Position numbers and translations under genes: made by a program. Shown one piece after another: positions 10,624 through 20,153 of a stretch of DNA of 64,000 nucleotides (position 1 is the stretch's first letter; every line of letters begins with the position of its first letter). The stretch comes from Bacteroidaceae bacterium (GTDB lineage: Bacteria > Bacteroidota > Bacteroidia > Bacteroidales > Bacteroidaceae), in NCBI GenBank assembly GCA_017383485.1, contig JAFNXM010000027.1, positions 64,739-128,738 of the forward strand, in the 5' to 3' direction. The notes beneath the pieces were generated by a model that was not told the DNA's origin, searched no databases, and saw only the letters and a program-made list of their open reading frames with translations.

Positions 10624-11217
10624 ATGAACTTAGGCTACTACGTCAAGCGCTTTTGGATCAGGCTGTGCCGTATCTCGCACCGCAAGGGATATGGCATTCA
10701 CTCGCCCTTTGCCTTTAATCTGGTGACAGGGGTGATTTACGAGCGTGCCCAGTATTATGCCTATGCAGAATTGGCGGAAAAATTTGCAGCCGAAGCGCGG
10801 GATTATCCTCGGCGAGACCTGCGCCTGTTGTTGCGCCTGTGCAATGACGCAAGGCCTCGTCGCGGCATCATCATTTGTCCCGAAAACCAGGCGATACCAG
10901 CCTATTTGAAAAGAGGGTGTACCGCCTGTCGATTTACCACACACGCCGCAGTCCCACAGGGTGATGCGGGCAGTATAGATTGGGTCTACGTCGGCACAGA
11001 TGCAGACCTGGCAGACGCGCTGCCCGGACTATTGACACTGGCATCAGACCGCTGTGTGATAGTGATAAGGGGGATTTGTCGCACACCACAGACCGCAGCT
11101 GCCTGGGAGCAGTTGAAATCTGACGAGAGAGTACGTGTGACCTTCGATCTGTACGACTATGGCCTGGCTTATTTCGAAAGCAGATTGAACAAGGAGGACT
11201 ATGTGATTTGTTACTAA
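10624..11217 (+). CDS. conserved Bacteroidales protein, degenerate SAM-methyltransferase-like
   Basis: RKGYGIHSPFAF N-terminus and VTFDLYDYGL C-terminus; recalled synteny with the adenosyltransferase and DUF2795 genes. Confidence 0.65.
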   Translation: MNLGYYVKRFWIRLCRISHRKGYGIHSPFAFNLVTGVIYERAQYYAYAELAEKFAAEARDYPRRDLRLLLRLCNDARPRRGIIICPENQAIPAYLKRGCTACRFTTHAAVPQGDAGSIDWVYVGTDADLADALPGLLTLASDRCVIVIRGICRTPQTAAAWEQLKSDERVRVTFDLYDYGLAYFESRLNKEDYVICY

Positions 11218-11235
11218 CCCCAAAGAAAACAAAGT

Positions 11236-11796
11236 GTGATGACGGATATAGACGAACAGGTGGCGGTGCCCCGATGCTACATGACTGCGCTGGCAGATGG
11301 CACCTTGGTCAGCAAGACCGACGCGCGCATAGCCACATGCGGCGAACTGGACGAACTCAGCGCCCATCTGGGGGCAGTATGCGCCGCATTGAAAAAAATG
11401 ACAGAGACTGTAGAGAGCATACAAGCAGAAGAATTGCGACAGATTCTGATGCGATTGCATGACGTGCAGCGCCAATTGTTTGTCATCGGCGCACGAGTTG
11501 TCGGCGCTCAGGCCCCAAAGGCAACAGATTGGGCAGAGGCAGCAGGTCCTCTGACTACAGATGTCGCGCAGTGGATACAGCGTGATATCCGATTCAGGGG
11601 GTTCATCCTACCCGCGGGGTCCAGTGCCTCTTGCCACGCCCACATCGCCCGTACCGTATGTCGCCGAGCAGAGCGTAGTATGGTGGCCCTGCAAGATCAA
11701 ACCTCGGTGGAATACCTCAACGTTTTATCCAAATATTTATTTCACCTGGCACTATTTCTCAACCAAGTTGAGGGCGCAGATGAAATTATTCTCTGA
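11236..11796 (+). CDS. PduO-type cob(I)alamin adenosyltransferase-like protein (divergent)
   Basis: VSKTDARI..GELDELS, FILPAG, HIARTVCRRAER, YLNVLS. Confidence 0.75.
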   Translation: MMTDIDEQVAVPRCYMTALADGTLVSKTDARIATCGELDELSAHLGAVCAALKKMTETVESIQAEELRQILMRLHDVQRQLFVIGARVVGAQAPKATDWAEAAGPLTTDVAQWIQRDIRFRGFILPAGSSASCHAHIARTVCRRAERSMVALQDQTSVEYLNVLSKYLFHLALFLNQVEGADEIIL

Positions 11797-11947
11797 CAAA
11801 CTGCGATAAATAGGATAAAAATATTATTTTTGCGCTAAATTTGCAGGGTGTGTCTCTGTTTATCCGCTTGATGGCGACAACAAGACGACACAGCAGTGCT
11901 TTTATCACCCTTAAAAATCTAAAATTATAACACTAAAAAACTAAGAT

Positions 11948-12169
11948 ATGTATTGGACATTAGAATTGGCTTCAAAGTTGGAGGACGCTCCATGGCCTGC
12001 AAGCAAGGACGAGTTGATCGATTACGCTATGCGTTCGGGTGCTCCTATGGAAGTCGTTGAAAACTTGCAAGAGTTGGAAGACGAAGGCGAAATCTATGAA
12101 ACTATCGAAGACGTTTGGCCCGACTATCCTACAAAGGAAGACTTCCTGTTCAACGAAGACGAGTATTAA
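11948..12169 (+). CDS. DUF2795 family protein
   Basis: MYWTLELASKLEDAPWPASKDELIDYA, a highly conserved Bacteroidota small protein. Confidence 0.92.
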   Translation: MYWTLELASKLEDAPWPASKDELIDYAMRSGAPMEVVENLQELEDEGEIYETIEDVWPDYPTKEDFLFNEDEY

Positions 12170-12294
12170 AATCACCCTTACTTTCGGGACGTCTAAATAG
12201 TCTAACACTACTGATGATAAGCGCCCGTATCTCTCACATATTGTCGCATCACGGATGTACCGCATTTGCCTATAGGACAAAAAACTTTGGGCAA

Positions 12295-13221
12295 ATGTGG
12301 ATTTTGTCTTTGTTGCTATTTATAACAAATGGGAAAGTATGGGCACAGCAAGCACCTGCCTTCACGCACTATTGGGATATGCCCGCGCAATACAACCCTG
12401 GTGCAGTGGGAAAGTCGCCCAACCTGAACATCATCGCAGCCTATCAGACACACGCCGTGGGATACGAAGATGCAGGCGGCACAATGTATGCCGGAGCCGA
12501 TATGGCGTTTCAACTGGGCCGTTCGCGCCATGGTGCAGGCGTACTGTTTGAAAAAGATCAGATAGGCCTCTTTGCTCACCAACGCTTTGCTGTGCAATAT
12601 GCCTATCAGCAAAAATTATGGGGAGGCTATCTCGGCATTGGTGTACAAGCGGATTTGATCAACGAAAAAATTGATGGTACGAAGGTAGACTTGGTGGATG
12701 GCAACGACCCAGCATTCCCCAGCACCGAACTGACGGGATCAAAGGTCGGACTTTCGGCTGGTTTGCACTATCAGCACAAGTATTGGAACGCAGGTTTGTC
12801 TGTGATGCACATCACCGCACCGACAGTGCTGATGGGCGAGACTAACGAGATAAAAATAAAAAGATTGTATAATTTTTCCGCCGAATACAATATTCGCACC
12901 AAAAATCCGTTATTCTATATAGTCCCTTCGACAATGCTACGCTTTGACGGCACTGCATTTCGCGCCGATTTGACCGCACGATTGCTTTACAAAAAGGACC
13001 AGCAACGTATCTATGGCGGTGTGGGATATAGCCCTCTGCGCTCGGTGACTCTCTTCGTCGGTGGCAGATTAAAGGGTGTAGACATTAGCTATTCCTACGA
13101 AGCAAATACAGAAGGCATTGGCATGGAAAGCGGTTTCCACGAGGTGACGTTGGGTTATACACTTGACTTAGACTTTGCGAAAAAAGGGAAAAACCTACAC
13201 CGCTCGGTCAGATACCTTTGA
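12295..13221 (+). CDS. porP: T9SS outer-membrane protein PorP/SprF
   Basis: Signal peptide, then AQQAPAFTHYW..YNPG, beta-barrel pattern, HEVTLGY; directly upstream of porK. Start uncertain (ORF track 12115). Confidence 0.88.
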   Translation: MWILSLLLFITNGKVWAQQAPAFTHYWDMPAQYNPGAVGKSPNLNIIAAYQTHAVGYEDAGGTMYAGADMAFQLGRSRHGAGVLFEKDQIGLFAHQRFAVQYAYQQKLWGGYLGIGVQADLINEKIDGTKVDLVDGNDPAFPSTELTGSKVGLSAGLHYQHKYWNAGLSVMHITAPTVLMGETNEIKIKRLYNFSAEYNIRTKNPLFYIVPSTMLRFDGTAFRADLTARLLYKKDQQRIYGGVGYSPLRSVTLFVGGRLKGVDISYSYEANTEGIGMESGFHEVTLGYTLDLDFAKKGKNLHRSVRYL

Positions 13222-13291
13222 CAAAACAACTTTAGACGACACTTTATTCAAAGATATTCACACTCTAAATCAGAATATACATATATAATAT

Positions 13292-14785
13292 ATGCAAAAG
13301 AACACATTTGACAAAATTGCAAAGATCCAGGGCGTATTCTGCTTGGGTAATATGATGCTTTATGTATGCGCAGTCGCACTCTGCCTCACATTGTCTGCTT
13401 GCTACGGCAGTGATCGTGCAATGATGAACGGCGGCGAAGTAACAGGTCAACGTTCGGCAGGATTTACTGAACCCGCACCCTTCGGAATGGTTGAGGTAAA
13501 GCGCGGATATTTGAAAATCGGTATTGAAAACAAGGATACTTTGTGGGGACTGTCTACTCCAACACGAGACATCTCGGTGGACGGATTTTGGATGGACCAG
13601 ACCGAGGTGACCAACTCTATGTATCGTCAGTTCGTAGAGTGGGTACGCGACTCTATCATTCGTGAACGTTTGGCCGATCCCCAATATGGTGGCGACGAAA
13701 CGTTCAAGATTGAGGTAGACCGTTACGGAGAACCCGTCACACCCCACTTGAATTGGAATAAACCTATACCTTGGCGCAAACCCACCGAGGATCAGGAACG
13801 TGCCATCCAAAGTGTGTATACAAAACACCCCATCGACGGAACAGTAATGTTGGATGTGAAGCAATTGAACTACCGCTACGAAGTGTTTGATTACGAAAAG
13901 GCAGCACTGCGAAAGTATCGCCTCAATCCAAATGAACGCAATCTGAATACAGACTTTGAAGTCGATCCAAACGAAGTAGTGATGATTTCAAAGGACACAG
14001 CATATATAGACGAAAATGGAGAGATTGTTCGTCAGACAATCGAACGTCCTTTGTCTTCGCTTTATGACTTTTTGAATACTTACATTGTTCCCGTTTATCC
14101 CGATACCACTTGTTGGGTGAACGACTTCCCTAATGCGAACAATGAAACATATATGAAACTTTACTTCTCGTCTGCTACTTACAATGACTATCCTGTCGTA
14201 GGCGTGACTTGGGAACAGGCAGCAGCATTCTGTGCTTGGCGTACTGAATACTTGCTTCGTGGCATGGGACCTCAGGCACGTTATATCCAACGCTACCGCC
14301 TGCCGACAGAAATCGAGTGGGAATATGCAGCACGTGGCAAGGAAGGCAATCCCTATCCATGGACAGGCGAAGAAGGTAAGAGCGACAAGGGCTGTTTCTT
14401 TGCCAACTTCAAACCAGACAACGGTAATTACACCGAAGACGGCAATTTGATCACATCGCGCACTGGTATATACGGTGCAAACTCAAACGGATTGTTTGAT
14501 ATGGCTGGTAACGTGGCTGAATGGACTAGCACCGTTTATACAGAGTCTGGTGTCGCAGCAATGGCAGATTTAAACCCAGAATTAAAGTATAATGCCGCGA
14601 AGGAAGACCCATACATTTTGAAGCGCAAAAGTGTGCGTGGGGGTTCATGGAAAGACCCAATTTCATATATCCGTTCTGCATGGCGCACTTGGGAATACCA
14701 AAACCAACCCCGCTCATTTGTCGGTTTCCGTTGCGTACGTTCTAAGGCAGCGACTACAAGCAGTAATACAAGCAATAAAAAGTAA
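13292..14785 (+). CDS. porK: T9SS ring lipoprotein PorK/GldK (FGE-sulfatase domain)
   Basis: Lipobox LSAC, FWMDQTEVTN, RLPTEIEWEYAARG, DMAGNVAEW, RGGSW, GFRCV. Confidence 0.93.
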   Translation: MQKNTFDKIAKIQGVFCLGNMMLYVCAVALCLTLSACYGSDRAMMNGGEVTGQRSAGFTEPAPFGMVEVKRGYLKIGIENKDTLWGLSTPTRDISVDGFWMDQTEVTNSMYRQFVEWVRDSIIRERLADPQYGGDETFKIEVDRYGEPVTPHLNWNKPIPWRKPTEDQERAIQSVYTKHPIDGTVMLDVKQLNYRYEVFDYEKAALRKYRLNPNERNLNTDFEVDPNEVVMISKDTAYIDENGEIVRQTIERPLSSLYDFLNTYIVPVYPDTTCWVNDFPNANNETYMKLYFSSATYNDYPVVGVTWEQAAAFCAWRTEYLLRGMGPQARYIQRYRLPTEIEWEYAARGKEGNPYPWTGEEGKSDKGCFFANFKPDNGNYTEDGNLITSRTGIYGANSNGLFDMAGNVAEWTSTVYTESGVAAMADLNPELKYNAAKEDPYILKRKSVRGGSWKDPISYIRSAWRTWEYQNQPRSFVGFRCVRSKAATTSSNTSNKK

Positions 14786-14856
14786 ATATTTGCAAGGCCG
14801 GACTCATTCTGCCGCAATAGATTTACATTTCATAATAGGTAATCACAACATAGACT

Positions 14857-15972
14857 ATGGCAAGAAAAATAAATTTCATAGTAAGACTTCAACACTGGAT
14901 GGACAGTGTTCCTGGACAAACGTTCTTGAACTATGCCTACAGTTGGGGTGCAGCGATCGTAATCCTCGGTGCATTGTTCAAATTGACCCACATCGAGGGT
15001 GGTAATATCATGCTTTTCATCGGTATGGGTACTGAAGTCGTGGTATTCTTCCTTTCAGCGTTTGACCGTCCTTTTGATAAAAACGAAATTGGCAAGGAAT
15101 TGCCCGCAGAAATCGAGACTGACGAAGAAATCGCTGAACAGCTGGATCGCGAAGAAGGCATCTATGGATACGAAGATGACGAAGACGATGAGCAAGAAGT
15201 ACTCGAAGGAGAAGACAACGACGGTGATGAAAGCGAAGACGACGTTGAATCTGCAGAAGAAGCCACTCCGGTTCAAGGTCCTGCTATTGCTGCAACAGTC
15301 AACGTTGGTCAGCCTGTACAAGGCGGTACCGTCATCATCGGTGGCGGCGTTATACCACAAGGTGGCGGCGTAGTTCCTCAAAATGTCGGCACGGTGTCTC
15401 AAAACATCGGCGCAGTCGGCACACCAGCCGTTGCATCTGTTGTATCTGCAAGCGCTCCATCAGAGCCAGTCGTTGCTCCTGCAGCAGAGACCCAGGCTCA
15501 ACAACTTGCTACTGCTGCTATTAGTGCAAATACCCCTGTTGGCGGTCAGCCATTCGAAGCTGAAGCACAACAATTAGCACAGATTATACGCGTGGCCAAC
15601 GACGAATTGTTGCATAGAGCACAGGCTGTACTTTCACCAGAAATGGAAGCAGCAACTCAGACTTACATTGACAAGTTGAACACCCTTGCCGAAACATTTG
15701 CAAAGGTTGATGAACAAAGCGCGAAGTTGGCTAAGGATAGCGAAGAGATGGAAAATCTCAACCGCACGCTTACTGGCATCAACAAGGTGTACGAATTGCA
15801 CCTCAAGAGTATTAGTTTGCAAGTGGGAACTATTGATCAAATCAACGAGCAAACACACAAGTTGGCGCAACAGATTGAAGAGCTCAACGCAGTCTATGGT
15901 CGCATGATCGAAGCGCTCACCGTAAACATGCGAGGCGGCGCTTCCGTTGGAAACACCAGTGCTGAAAAGTAA
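14857..15972 (+). CDS. porL: T9SS motor subunit PorL/GldL
   Basis: YSWGAAIVILGALFKLTH..GMGTEVVVFFLSAF; C-terminal LNAVYGRMI. Confidence 0.92.
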   Translation: MARKINFIVRLQHWMDSVPGQTFLNYAYSWGAAIVILGALFKLTHIEGGNIMLFIGMGTEVVVFFLSAFDRPFDKNEIGKELPAEIETDEEIAEQLDREEGIYGYEDDEDDEQEVLEGEDNDGDESEDDVESAEEATPVQGPAIAATVNVGQPVQGGTVIIGGGVIPQGGGVVPQNVGTVSQNIGAVGTPAVASVVSASAPSEPVVAPAAETQAQQLATAAISANTPVGGQPFEAEAQQLAQIIRVANDELLHRAQAVLSPEMEAATQTYIDKLNTLAETFAKVDEQSAKLAKDSEEMENLNRTLTGINKVYELHLKSISLQVGTIDQINEQTHKLAQQIEELNAVYGRMIEALTVNMRGGASVGNTSAEK

Positions 15973-16062
15973 CAGAATCCTTATTCCTGTATGATTTCTG
16001 TACTGTTGAAACAAAAATATAGAGCAGAAATTGTACAATAAGTATATAAAATAAAAAATATA

Positions 16063-17616
16063 ATGGCAGTAAAGAAAAATCCCGTTTCACCGCGTCAAAA
16101 GATGATCAACTTGATGTACATCGTCTTGTTGGCCATGCTTGCGCTGAACGTCTCAAACGAAGTGCTCAAAGGTTTCGACCTGGTGGGCGGCAGTTTGCGT
16201 CGCTCTACCGAAAACGCGGAGAAAGAGAATGCGGCATTATATGCAAATCTGAAAGAGCAATTGGAAAGCAATCCTACCAAGGTGCAAGCATGGTACGATC
16301 GTGCGATGCAGGTGAAAGCCATGTCCGATTCTCTCTGTTCGTATGCTGCAGAATTGTCTTTGGCTATTGCTCGCGAGACTGATGGAGCAGATGCAGATCC
16401 CAATAATATCAAAAACAAAGAAAACCTCGAGGCTGCTGGACATATCATGTTGGCACCGGCCACTGGTCAAGGACGGATTTTGTTTGAAAGGATCAATTCA
16501 TTCAGAGAGCGAATACTGCTTTTCGTAGAGGATCCTCGCGAGGCGGCTATCGTCGCATCAAATCTGAGTACCGATGTACCTCAAAGCCCAGACAACGTAG
16601 GCAAGAAGTGGGAGGAATACATGTTTGAATCTATGCCTGCAGTGGCTGCGGTTACGATGCTCACCAAGTTACAAAACGATGTACGTTCTGCTGAGGGGGA
16701 AGTGCTCCACTCACTCCTATCTCGCATCGACGTCAAGGATATTCGTGTCAACGAACTCAACGCTTACGTTCTGCCCGAAGCGACCACGTTGTATCCTGGC
16801 GACGAATTCCGTTCTCGTATATTTATGGCGGCCATCGATACGACACAGCGCCCTACAATTTATGTAAACGGCCGCCAGATTTCTCCTGACGCTGGTTACA
16901 ATTTCCGTGTTGGCAGTCCAGGCGAATACCGTTTCTCTGGCTACATTGAAATGCCAAATGCTGCGGGCGAAATCATTCGTCGCAATTTCGAGCAGAAGTA
17001 CAACGTCATTGCGCCACCTCATGGCGCTACCGTTGCGGCAGATTTGATGAATGTGCTTTATGCCGGATTTGACAACCCCATCAGTGTCTCTGCATCGGGT
17101 GTTGATGCCGACAAAGTTTCGCTCACGATGCAGGGCGGTACACTTGTATCCAAGGGTGGCGGCAAGTATGTGGCACGTCCGTCGGCTGTTGGCCAGGATG
17201 TCACATTCAGTGTCACTGGTGTAGTGGGTGGCAAGACACAGAACATGGGACAATTTACATTCAAGGTGCGCAAATTGCCTGACCCAACTGCCTATATCAT
17301 CGTGGGCAACGATCGCTTCCGCGGAGGTAATTTGGTCAAGGGTTCTGCTATTGGTTCTACTGGAATCGGAGCTGCCATCGACGACGGTCTCCTGGATATT
17401 CCGTTCAAGGTATTAGGCTTCGAGACCGTCTTCTTTGACCGCATGGGTAATGCTCGTCCTGAAAATTCAAATGGTGCAAACTTCACCGAAGCGCAACGCA
17501 ATCTGATGCGCGAGGTACGCCCTGGTCAGCGTTTCTATATCACTCGCGTTCGCGTGATAGGTCCAGATGGTATCAACCGCACCCTGCCTTCTGCACTCGA
17601 AGTCATTGTAAAATAA
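16063..17616 (+). CDS. porM: T9SS motor subunit PorM/GldM
   Basis: SPRQKMINLMYIVLLAMLALNVS, ADLMNVLYAG.DNP. Confidence 0.95.
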   Translation: MAVKKNPVSPRQKMINLMYIVLLAMLALNVSNEVLKGFDLVGGSLRRSTENAEKENAALYANLKEQLESNPTKVQAWYDRAMQVKAMSDSLCSYAAELSLAIARETDGADADPNNIKNKENLEAAGHIMLAPATGQGRILFERINSFRERILLFVEDPREAAIVASNLSTDVPQSPDNVGKKWEEYMFESMPAVAAVTMLTKLQNDVRSAEGEVLHSLLSRIDVKDIRVNELNAYVLPEATTLYPGDEFRSRIFMAAIDTTQRPTIYVNGRQISPDAGYNFRVGSPGEYRFSGYIEMPNAAGEIIRRNFEQKYNVIAPPHGATVAADLMNVLYAGFDNPISVSASGVDADKVSLTMQGGTLVSKGGGKYVARPSAVGQDVTFSVTGVVGGKTQNMGQFTFKVRKLPDPTAYIIVGNDRFRGGNLVKGSAIGSTGIGAAIDDGLLDIPFKVLGFETVFFDRMGNARPENSNGANFTEAQRNLMREVRPGQRFYITRVRVIGPDGINRTLPSALEVIVK

Positions 17617-17635
17617 ATCGTAAATCATTATAGAT

Positions 17636-18775
17636 ATGAAATATATAGTTCGTTTATATAGCAAGTTTGAGCTCCGCGCCCTGATGTGCTTGTTTCTGTT
17701 GGCGATGGTTGGTATCACAGCTGTGGCTCAACCCCCTGCTCGTCGTAAGGCAGAAGCTGCAAAGAAAGAAACCAAGACTGTACGTACAGGCTCAGCCTAT
17801 CGCGATTTCCCCGTAGGTCAAGTGATGCCCGAGGACGTACCCTGGCGCCGCGATATCTATCGTACACTCGATTTGACCAAGGACGAAAATGCGACGCTTT
17901 ATTATCCCATCGTGCCTCAGAATGGTTACGAAAGTCTCTTTACATACATCTTCCACCTGCTGTTGCGCGGTGAAATCAAGGCGTATGATTACACACTTGA
18001 TGGTAATGAGAATTTCACCGACAAGAATGTAGTGAAAGTGCGCGAACTGATGGATCGCTACCAAATCTTCTACGAGACAAACGGAGACAAGGTACGTGTG
18101 AACGACGTTGATATTCCATCAAACCAAGTCAAGATTTACTTTGTCAAGGAGAGCGAATATTACAACCAGCAGACTGCATCCTTCCACAAGCGCGTCACTG
18201 CCCTTTGCCCTGTCCTGAAACGCGGCGACGACTTCGGCGGATCGGATTCTCAATACCCAATGTTCTGGGTCAAGTACGACGATTTGGCGCCCCACCTCAG
18301 CAGATTGACGCTGATGGGTTCTAACTACAACAATGCAGCTAAGATGTCGGCTGACGACTATTTTACTCTTGGTCTCTACAAGGGTGATATCTATCGCACG
18401 ACAAACCTGCAAGACAAAATCCTGGTCAATGAAATGGGCGACGATCCCGAACAAGTGAAGCGCGAACAGCAACGTATCGACCGCGAGATTGTGGATTTCA
18501 AAGACCACATGTGGGGCCGCGACTCTGTAGCTATGGCTAAGGCTGCAGCCGAACAGGCTAAGGCAGACAGCATCGCTGCTGCTGATGGCAAGGTGAAGAA
18601 GGACAAGGTAGCAAAAGCACCTACGCGCCGCGCCGCTACCCCCAAGGCAACTACTGTCAAAGCAGAGAAGCCCAAGAAGCAGAAGTCTGCGAGCAAATCT
18701 AACGTCAGCAAGCCCAAGAGCAGTGCAAATCGCAGCAGCAATGGTACGTTGAGCGTACGCCGTGAGCGCAGATAA
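17636..18775 (+). CDS. porN: T9SS ring protein PorN/GldN
   Basis: DVPWRRDIYRTLDL..NATLYYP, ALCPV, PMFWV; K-rich tail ending SVRRERR. Confidence 0.92.
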   Translation: MKYIVRLYSKFELRALMCLFLLAMVGITAVAQPPARRKAEAAKKETKTVRTGSAYRDFPVGQVMPEDVPWRRDIYRTLDLTKDENATLYYPIVPQNGYESLFTYIFHLLLRGEIKAYDYTLDGNENFTDKNVVKVRELMDRYQIFYETNGDKVRVNDVDIPSNQVKIYFVKESEYYNQQTASFHKRVTALCPVLKRGDDFGGSDSQYPMFWVKYDDLAPHLSRLTLMGSNYNNAAKMSADDYFTLGLYKGDIYRTTNLQDKILVNEMGDDPEQVKREQQRIDREIVDFKDHMWGRDSVAMAKAAAEQAKADSIAAADGKVKKDKVAKAPTRRAATPKATTVKAEKPKKQKSASKSNVSKPKSSANRSSNGTLSVRRERR

Positions 18776-18805
18776 ATATCAGACCTATTGTCTAAAAAAT
18801 ACATC

Positions 18806-18840
18806 AAGGAGTTCCTGTCACAGGGGACTCCTTCTTTTTT
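18806..18840 (+). terminator. terminator of the por operon
   Basis: AAGGAGTTCCTG-TCA-CAGGGGACTCCTT followed by CTTTTTT. Confidence 0.8.
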
Positions 18841-19029
18841 GTAGCAACGCCAGATTGTGGCATATCGACGACGAAAAATGATGTATGGCCGTTGCATATT
18901 CCCCTTCAAAATACCACTGCGCGATGCCCACATACGCCTACAATTTCTATAGCAAAAACTTGCAGAAATTTTGACAAAATAAATTTTCATTCCAGGAGAG
19001 GAAAAATGTATTTCCCAAGACAAAAAATC

Positions 19030-19155
19030 AACAATCCAAGACTTCGCCAGAAAAAGCTAAGACCTTTTTTAAAAAAGTCTAGACCTTTTTCTCACGAGAC
19101 GTCGCAAAATTTTCACAAAGTCTTGACTTTTCCACACAAAATTTCATCGTTTTTT
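19030..19155. repeat. 21-bp unit array 3
   Basis: 19051 aaaaagctaagacctttttta / 19072 aaaaagtctagacctttttct / 19093 cacgagacgtcgcaaaatttt / 19114 cacaaagtcttgacttttcca, plus degenerate flanks. Confidence 0.9.
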
Positions 19156-19352
19156 TCGCAGAAAAGGCATTTTTATATCCTAAAACACCACAAATCGCAC
19201 AAAGAATGTTCTATTTCTCCTGAGATTTCAGAATTTCTAATCGCCCAAAACGCGCGTATTTGCCACTCGTCGGATTTTAGATGTGAAATACGCGATTCTC
19301 GAGGCATTAATTGACGGGAAATTCGCCTTGTTTCAACCCCTGTGAAAACAGC

Positions 19353-19390
19353 AAAAAAGAAGGGATACTTCTCGCAAGTGGAAGTATCCC
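19353..19390 (-). terminator. terminator of parC-upp
   Basis: GGGATACTTC...GAAGTATCCC with an A-run on its left (U-tract on the minus strand). Confidence 0.8.
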
Positions 19391-19451
19391 AACAGGTATG
19401 ACATGTGCAATATTTGATCAAATCAATGCTGCCGACAATCTGAGTCGGAGG

Positions 19452-20114
19452 CTACAAACCCGACAGTTTTTCGCCGAAGGACAGGTCGCCTGCATCACCC
19501 AAACCGGGTACGATATAGGCAGCGTCGTTCAGGTGATCATCGACGGCGGCAATCCACAACGTGACGTCGTCTGACGGAAACGCCTGGGCCAATCGTTCGA
19601 TACCCTCGGGGGCTGCGATGACACAGCAGATGTGCAGTTTCGCAGGAGTGCCGGCGCGGAGGAAGGCCTGGTAGGCCAATTCCAAACTGCCGCCTGTGGC
19701 GAGCATCGGGTCTACCATCAGGAAGGTGCAGCCGTCGAGCGTAGGTGCGGCTAAGTAGTCGAGTTTGATTTTCAACTCTTCCTTCGTGCCCTCTTCGCGA
19801 TAAGCTGCAACGAAGGCTGAGTCTGCGCCATCGAAGACGTCGAGAAATCCCTCGTGAAAGGCGAGCCCTGCGCGGAGCACAGTGCCTACGACGATGCGCT
19901 CGTCGCTCAATTGTGTTTGCTTTTCACCCAGTGGCGTGGTGACTACTGCTGGAGCGTATGACAACTGCTTACTTAGCTCGTAGGCCATAGCATGAGCAAT
20001 GCGTTCCAGATTGCGGCGAAACAATGTGCGATTCTTTTGGTAGTCCACGTCGCGCAATTGCGCCATATAGTGGTTGATGACAGAATTGCCAGCACCAAGG
20101 TCAATGACTTTCAT
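19452..20114 (-). CDS. upp: uracil phosphoribosyltransferase
   Basis: VLRAGL, VDPMLATGGS, YIVPGLGDAGD. Confidence 0.96.
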   Translation of the reverse strand: MKVIDLGAGNSVINHYMAQLRDVDYQKNRTLFRRNLERIAHAMAYELSKQLSYAPAVVTTPLGEKQTQLSDERIVVGTVLRAGLAFHEGFLDVFDGADSAFVAAYREEGTKEELKIKLDYLAAPTLDGCTFLMVDPMLATGGSLELAYQAFLRAGTPAKLHICCVIAAPEGIERLAQAFPSDDVTLWIAAVDDHLNDAAYIVPGLGDAGDLSFGEKLSGL

Positions 20115-20153
20115 AGGTAGTATTTTAGATTATTGGTTGTGCATGAATTAGGT

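Noticed and set aside
19090-19110. Type C unit as a parS site
   Set aside because: It shares TTTCACG but has a 4-nt spacer and lacks the TGTTTCACGTGAAACA 16-mer.
18892-19314. Cationic heptad-repeat peptides encoded by the arrays (KKLRPFL/HETSQNF, KISRRLV; also ORFs at 25894, 42220, 42263, 52046, 61678, 61732)
   Set aside because: Open frames occur on both strands with no consistent start, and array 5 has a 1-nt slip; best explained as a by-product of the 21-nt period. Ribo-seq would be needed to exclude translation fully.
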